A DNA stretch of 64,000 bases from Candidatus Nanopelagicales bacterium (lineage in GTDB: Bacteria > Actinomycetota > Actinomycetes > S36-B12). The notes under the pieces are model-generated. The model did not search any database and was not told where the DNA came from. It worked only from the letters and a program-made list of their open reading frames with translations. Shown in pieces: positions 62,523-64,000 of the stretch (the first letter of the stretch is position 1; each line of letters starts with the position of its first letter). The stretch is taken from the NCBI GenBank assembly GCA_044374195.1, contig JBILOY010000005.1:4052-68051 (forward strand), given 5' to 3'. The position numbers and the translations under genes are program-made.

Positions 62523-64000
62523 TGGCCGACACCGTCTCCGCCGCCCAGGCGAACCCCGAGGCATTGCAGCCGTTCGCAGAGCTTGGATTGAAGCCCGATG
62601 AGTACGAGCGCATTCGCGAGATTCTGGGTCGTCGTCCCACGTCCTCTGAACTCGCGATGTATTCGGTGATGTGGAGCGAGCACTGCTCGTACAAGTCTTC
62701 CAAGGTGCACTTGCGCCAGTTCGGCGAGAAGGCCCCGAAGACCGATGCACTTCTCGTTGGCATCGGCGAGAACGCCGGCGTCGTCGATATCGGCGACGGC
62801 TGGGCCGTCACCTTCAAGGTTGAGAGCCACAATCATCCGTCCTACGTCGAGCCGTATCAGGGTGCGGCAACGGGCATCGGCGGCATCGTGCGCGACATCA
62901 TCTCGATGGGGGCCCGCCCGCTTGCGGTCATGGATCCGCTTCGCTTTGGCCCGCTCGATGCGCCCGATACCCGGCGCGTGCTGCCCGGCATCGTCAGCGG
63001 TATCGGTGGTTACGGCAACTGCCTGGGCCTGCCGAATATCGGTGGCGAGGTTGTGTTCGATGCCAGTTACCTTGGCAATCCGCTAGTGAATGCCCTCTGC
63101 GTCGGTTCGATGCGTCACGAAGATATTCACCTGGCAAGTGCGAAGGGCGTCGGAAATCTCGTTGTCCTGTATGGCGCGCGCACCGGTGGCGATGGCATTG
63201 GCGGTGTTTCTGTTCTCGCCTCCGAGACCTTTGACGCCGACGGCCCCGCCAAGCGCCCGAGCGTTCAGGTCGGCGATCCGTTCATGGAAAAACTGCTTAT
63301 TGAGGCCACCCTCGAGGTCCTACACGCCGGCCTCGTCGAGGGCATTCAGGATCTCGGCGGCGCCGGAATCTCCTGCGCGACCAGCGAGCTTGCGTCGAAT
63401 GGTGATGGCGGAATGCACGTGTGGCTCGATCGTGTGCTGCTGCGCGATCAAACCCTTTCACCCGAAGAAATCTTGATGAGCGAGTCGCAGGAGCGCATGT
63501 GCGCGATCGTGACCCCCGCCAAGCTCGATGAGTTCATGGCACTGATCAAGAAGTGGGATGTCGAAGCCGTTGTCATCGGTGAGGTGAATGCCTCAGGTCG
63601 TCTCACTGTCGACTGGCATGGAGAGCAGATCGTCGACGTGCCGCCGCGCAGTGTTGCGCACGATGGTCCGGTCTACGAGCGCCCGTATCACCGGCCTTCG
63701 TGGCAAGACGCCTTGCAGGCCGACACTCCTGACTCGTTGCCGCGCCCGACCGATGGTGAGCAACTGCGCGCCACGCTGATCAACCTCATCGGCGCACCGA
63801 ATCTCGCATCAAAGGCGTGGATCACCGATCAGTACGACCGTTACGTGCTTGGTAACACGGTGCTTGCACAGCCCGAGGATGCCGGCATGATTCGTGTCGA
63901 CGAGAACACTGGCCTTGGCGTCGCGATCTCGACTGACTGCAATGGTCGTTACGCGAAATTGGATCCGTACAACGGTGCGAAGCTCGCACTTGCTGAGTCG
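62522..64000 (+). CDS. purL: phosphoribosylformylglycinamidine synthase subunit PurL (5' part; runs off the window)
   Basis: Not in the ORF track because it is open at the window end. Hand translation from ATG 62522 gives MADTVSAAQ...[12 protein letters not shown]...[30 protein letters not shown] overlap with the purQ stop. Confidence 0.93.
   Translation, partial: MADTVSAAQANPEALQPFAELGLKPDEYERIREILGRRPTSSELAMYSVMWSEHCSYKSSKVHLRQFGEKAPKTDALLVGIGENAGVVDIGDGWAVTFKVESHNHPSYVEPYQGAATGIGGIVRDIISMGARPLAVMDPLRFGPLDAPDTRRVLPGIVSGIGGYGNCLGLPNIGGEVVFDASYLGNPLVNALCVGSMRHEDIHLASAKGVGNLVVLYGARTGGDGIGGVSVLASETFDADGPAKRPSVQVGDPFMEKLLIEATLEVLHAGLVEGIQDLGGAGISCATSELASNGDGGMHVWLDRVLLRDQTLSPEEILMSESQERMCAIVTPAKLDEFMALIKKWDVEAVVIGEVNASGRLTVDWHGEQIVDVPPRSVAHDGPVYERPYHRPSWQDALQADTPDSLPRPTDGEQLRATLINLIGAPNLASKAWITDQYDRYVLGNTVLAQPEDAGMIRVDENTGLGVAISTDCNGRYAKLDPYNGAKLALAES

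Overview
This is a high-GC actinobacterial chromosomal segment. Lineage markers are a mycothiol-type DinB enzyme, an HspR/HAIR-controlled dnaK operon, dprE1/dprE2 and mycofactocin. I call about 60 CDS and one tRNA-Gly(CCC). I found no rRNA, CRISPR array, transposase, integrase or prophage genes. The right half is conserved core: dnaK-grpE-dnaJ-hspR-clpB, pyrE, a TrmH-like methyltransferase, an SF2 helicase, fba, purA, purD-purB-purC-galE and purS-purQ-purL (purL runs off the window end). The left half carries the more system-like loci. (1) 9.8-13.4 kb: a four-gene decaprenyl-phospho-arabinose-type operon (small membrane protein, UbiA-family DPPR synthase, dprE1, dprE2), with a convergent P450 / limonene-epoxide-hydrolase-fold pair next to it. 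(2) 17.9-24.9 kb: a wall-glycopolymer locus combining an acyltransferase-3/SGNH enzyme, a secreted Cys-type sulfatase, a GT2::TagF-like fusion and a PAPS-type sulfotransferase. This suggests a possible sulfate writer/eraser pair on a teichoic-acid-like polymer and is my best candidate for something undescribed. (3) 25.0-31.4 kb: a complete mycofactocin locus (mftA-B-C-D-E plus a coupled SDR on the minus strand, mftR-mftF divergent). The 28-codon mftA is absent from the supplied ORF track and was found by hand translation. A membrane HdrD/GlpC-like Fe-S protein sits next to it. Smaller observations include three 36-nt tandem repeats with hairpins between grpE and dnaJ, a perfect 20-bp-stem bidirectional terminator abutting the tRNA, HAIR operators upstream of dnaK, and Ala in place of the benzothiazinone-target Cys in DprE1. 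Many long antisense ORFs are codon-complement shadows and were rejected. All family calls rest on motif recognition by eye; no database search was run.
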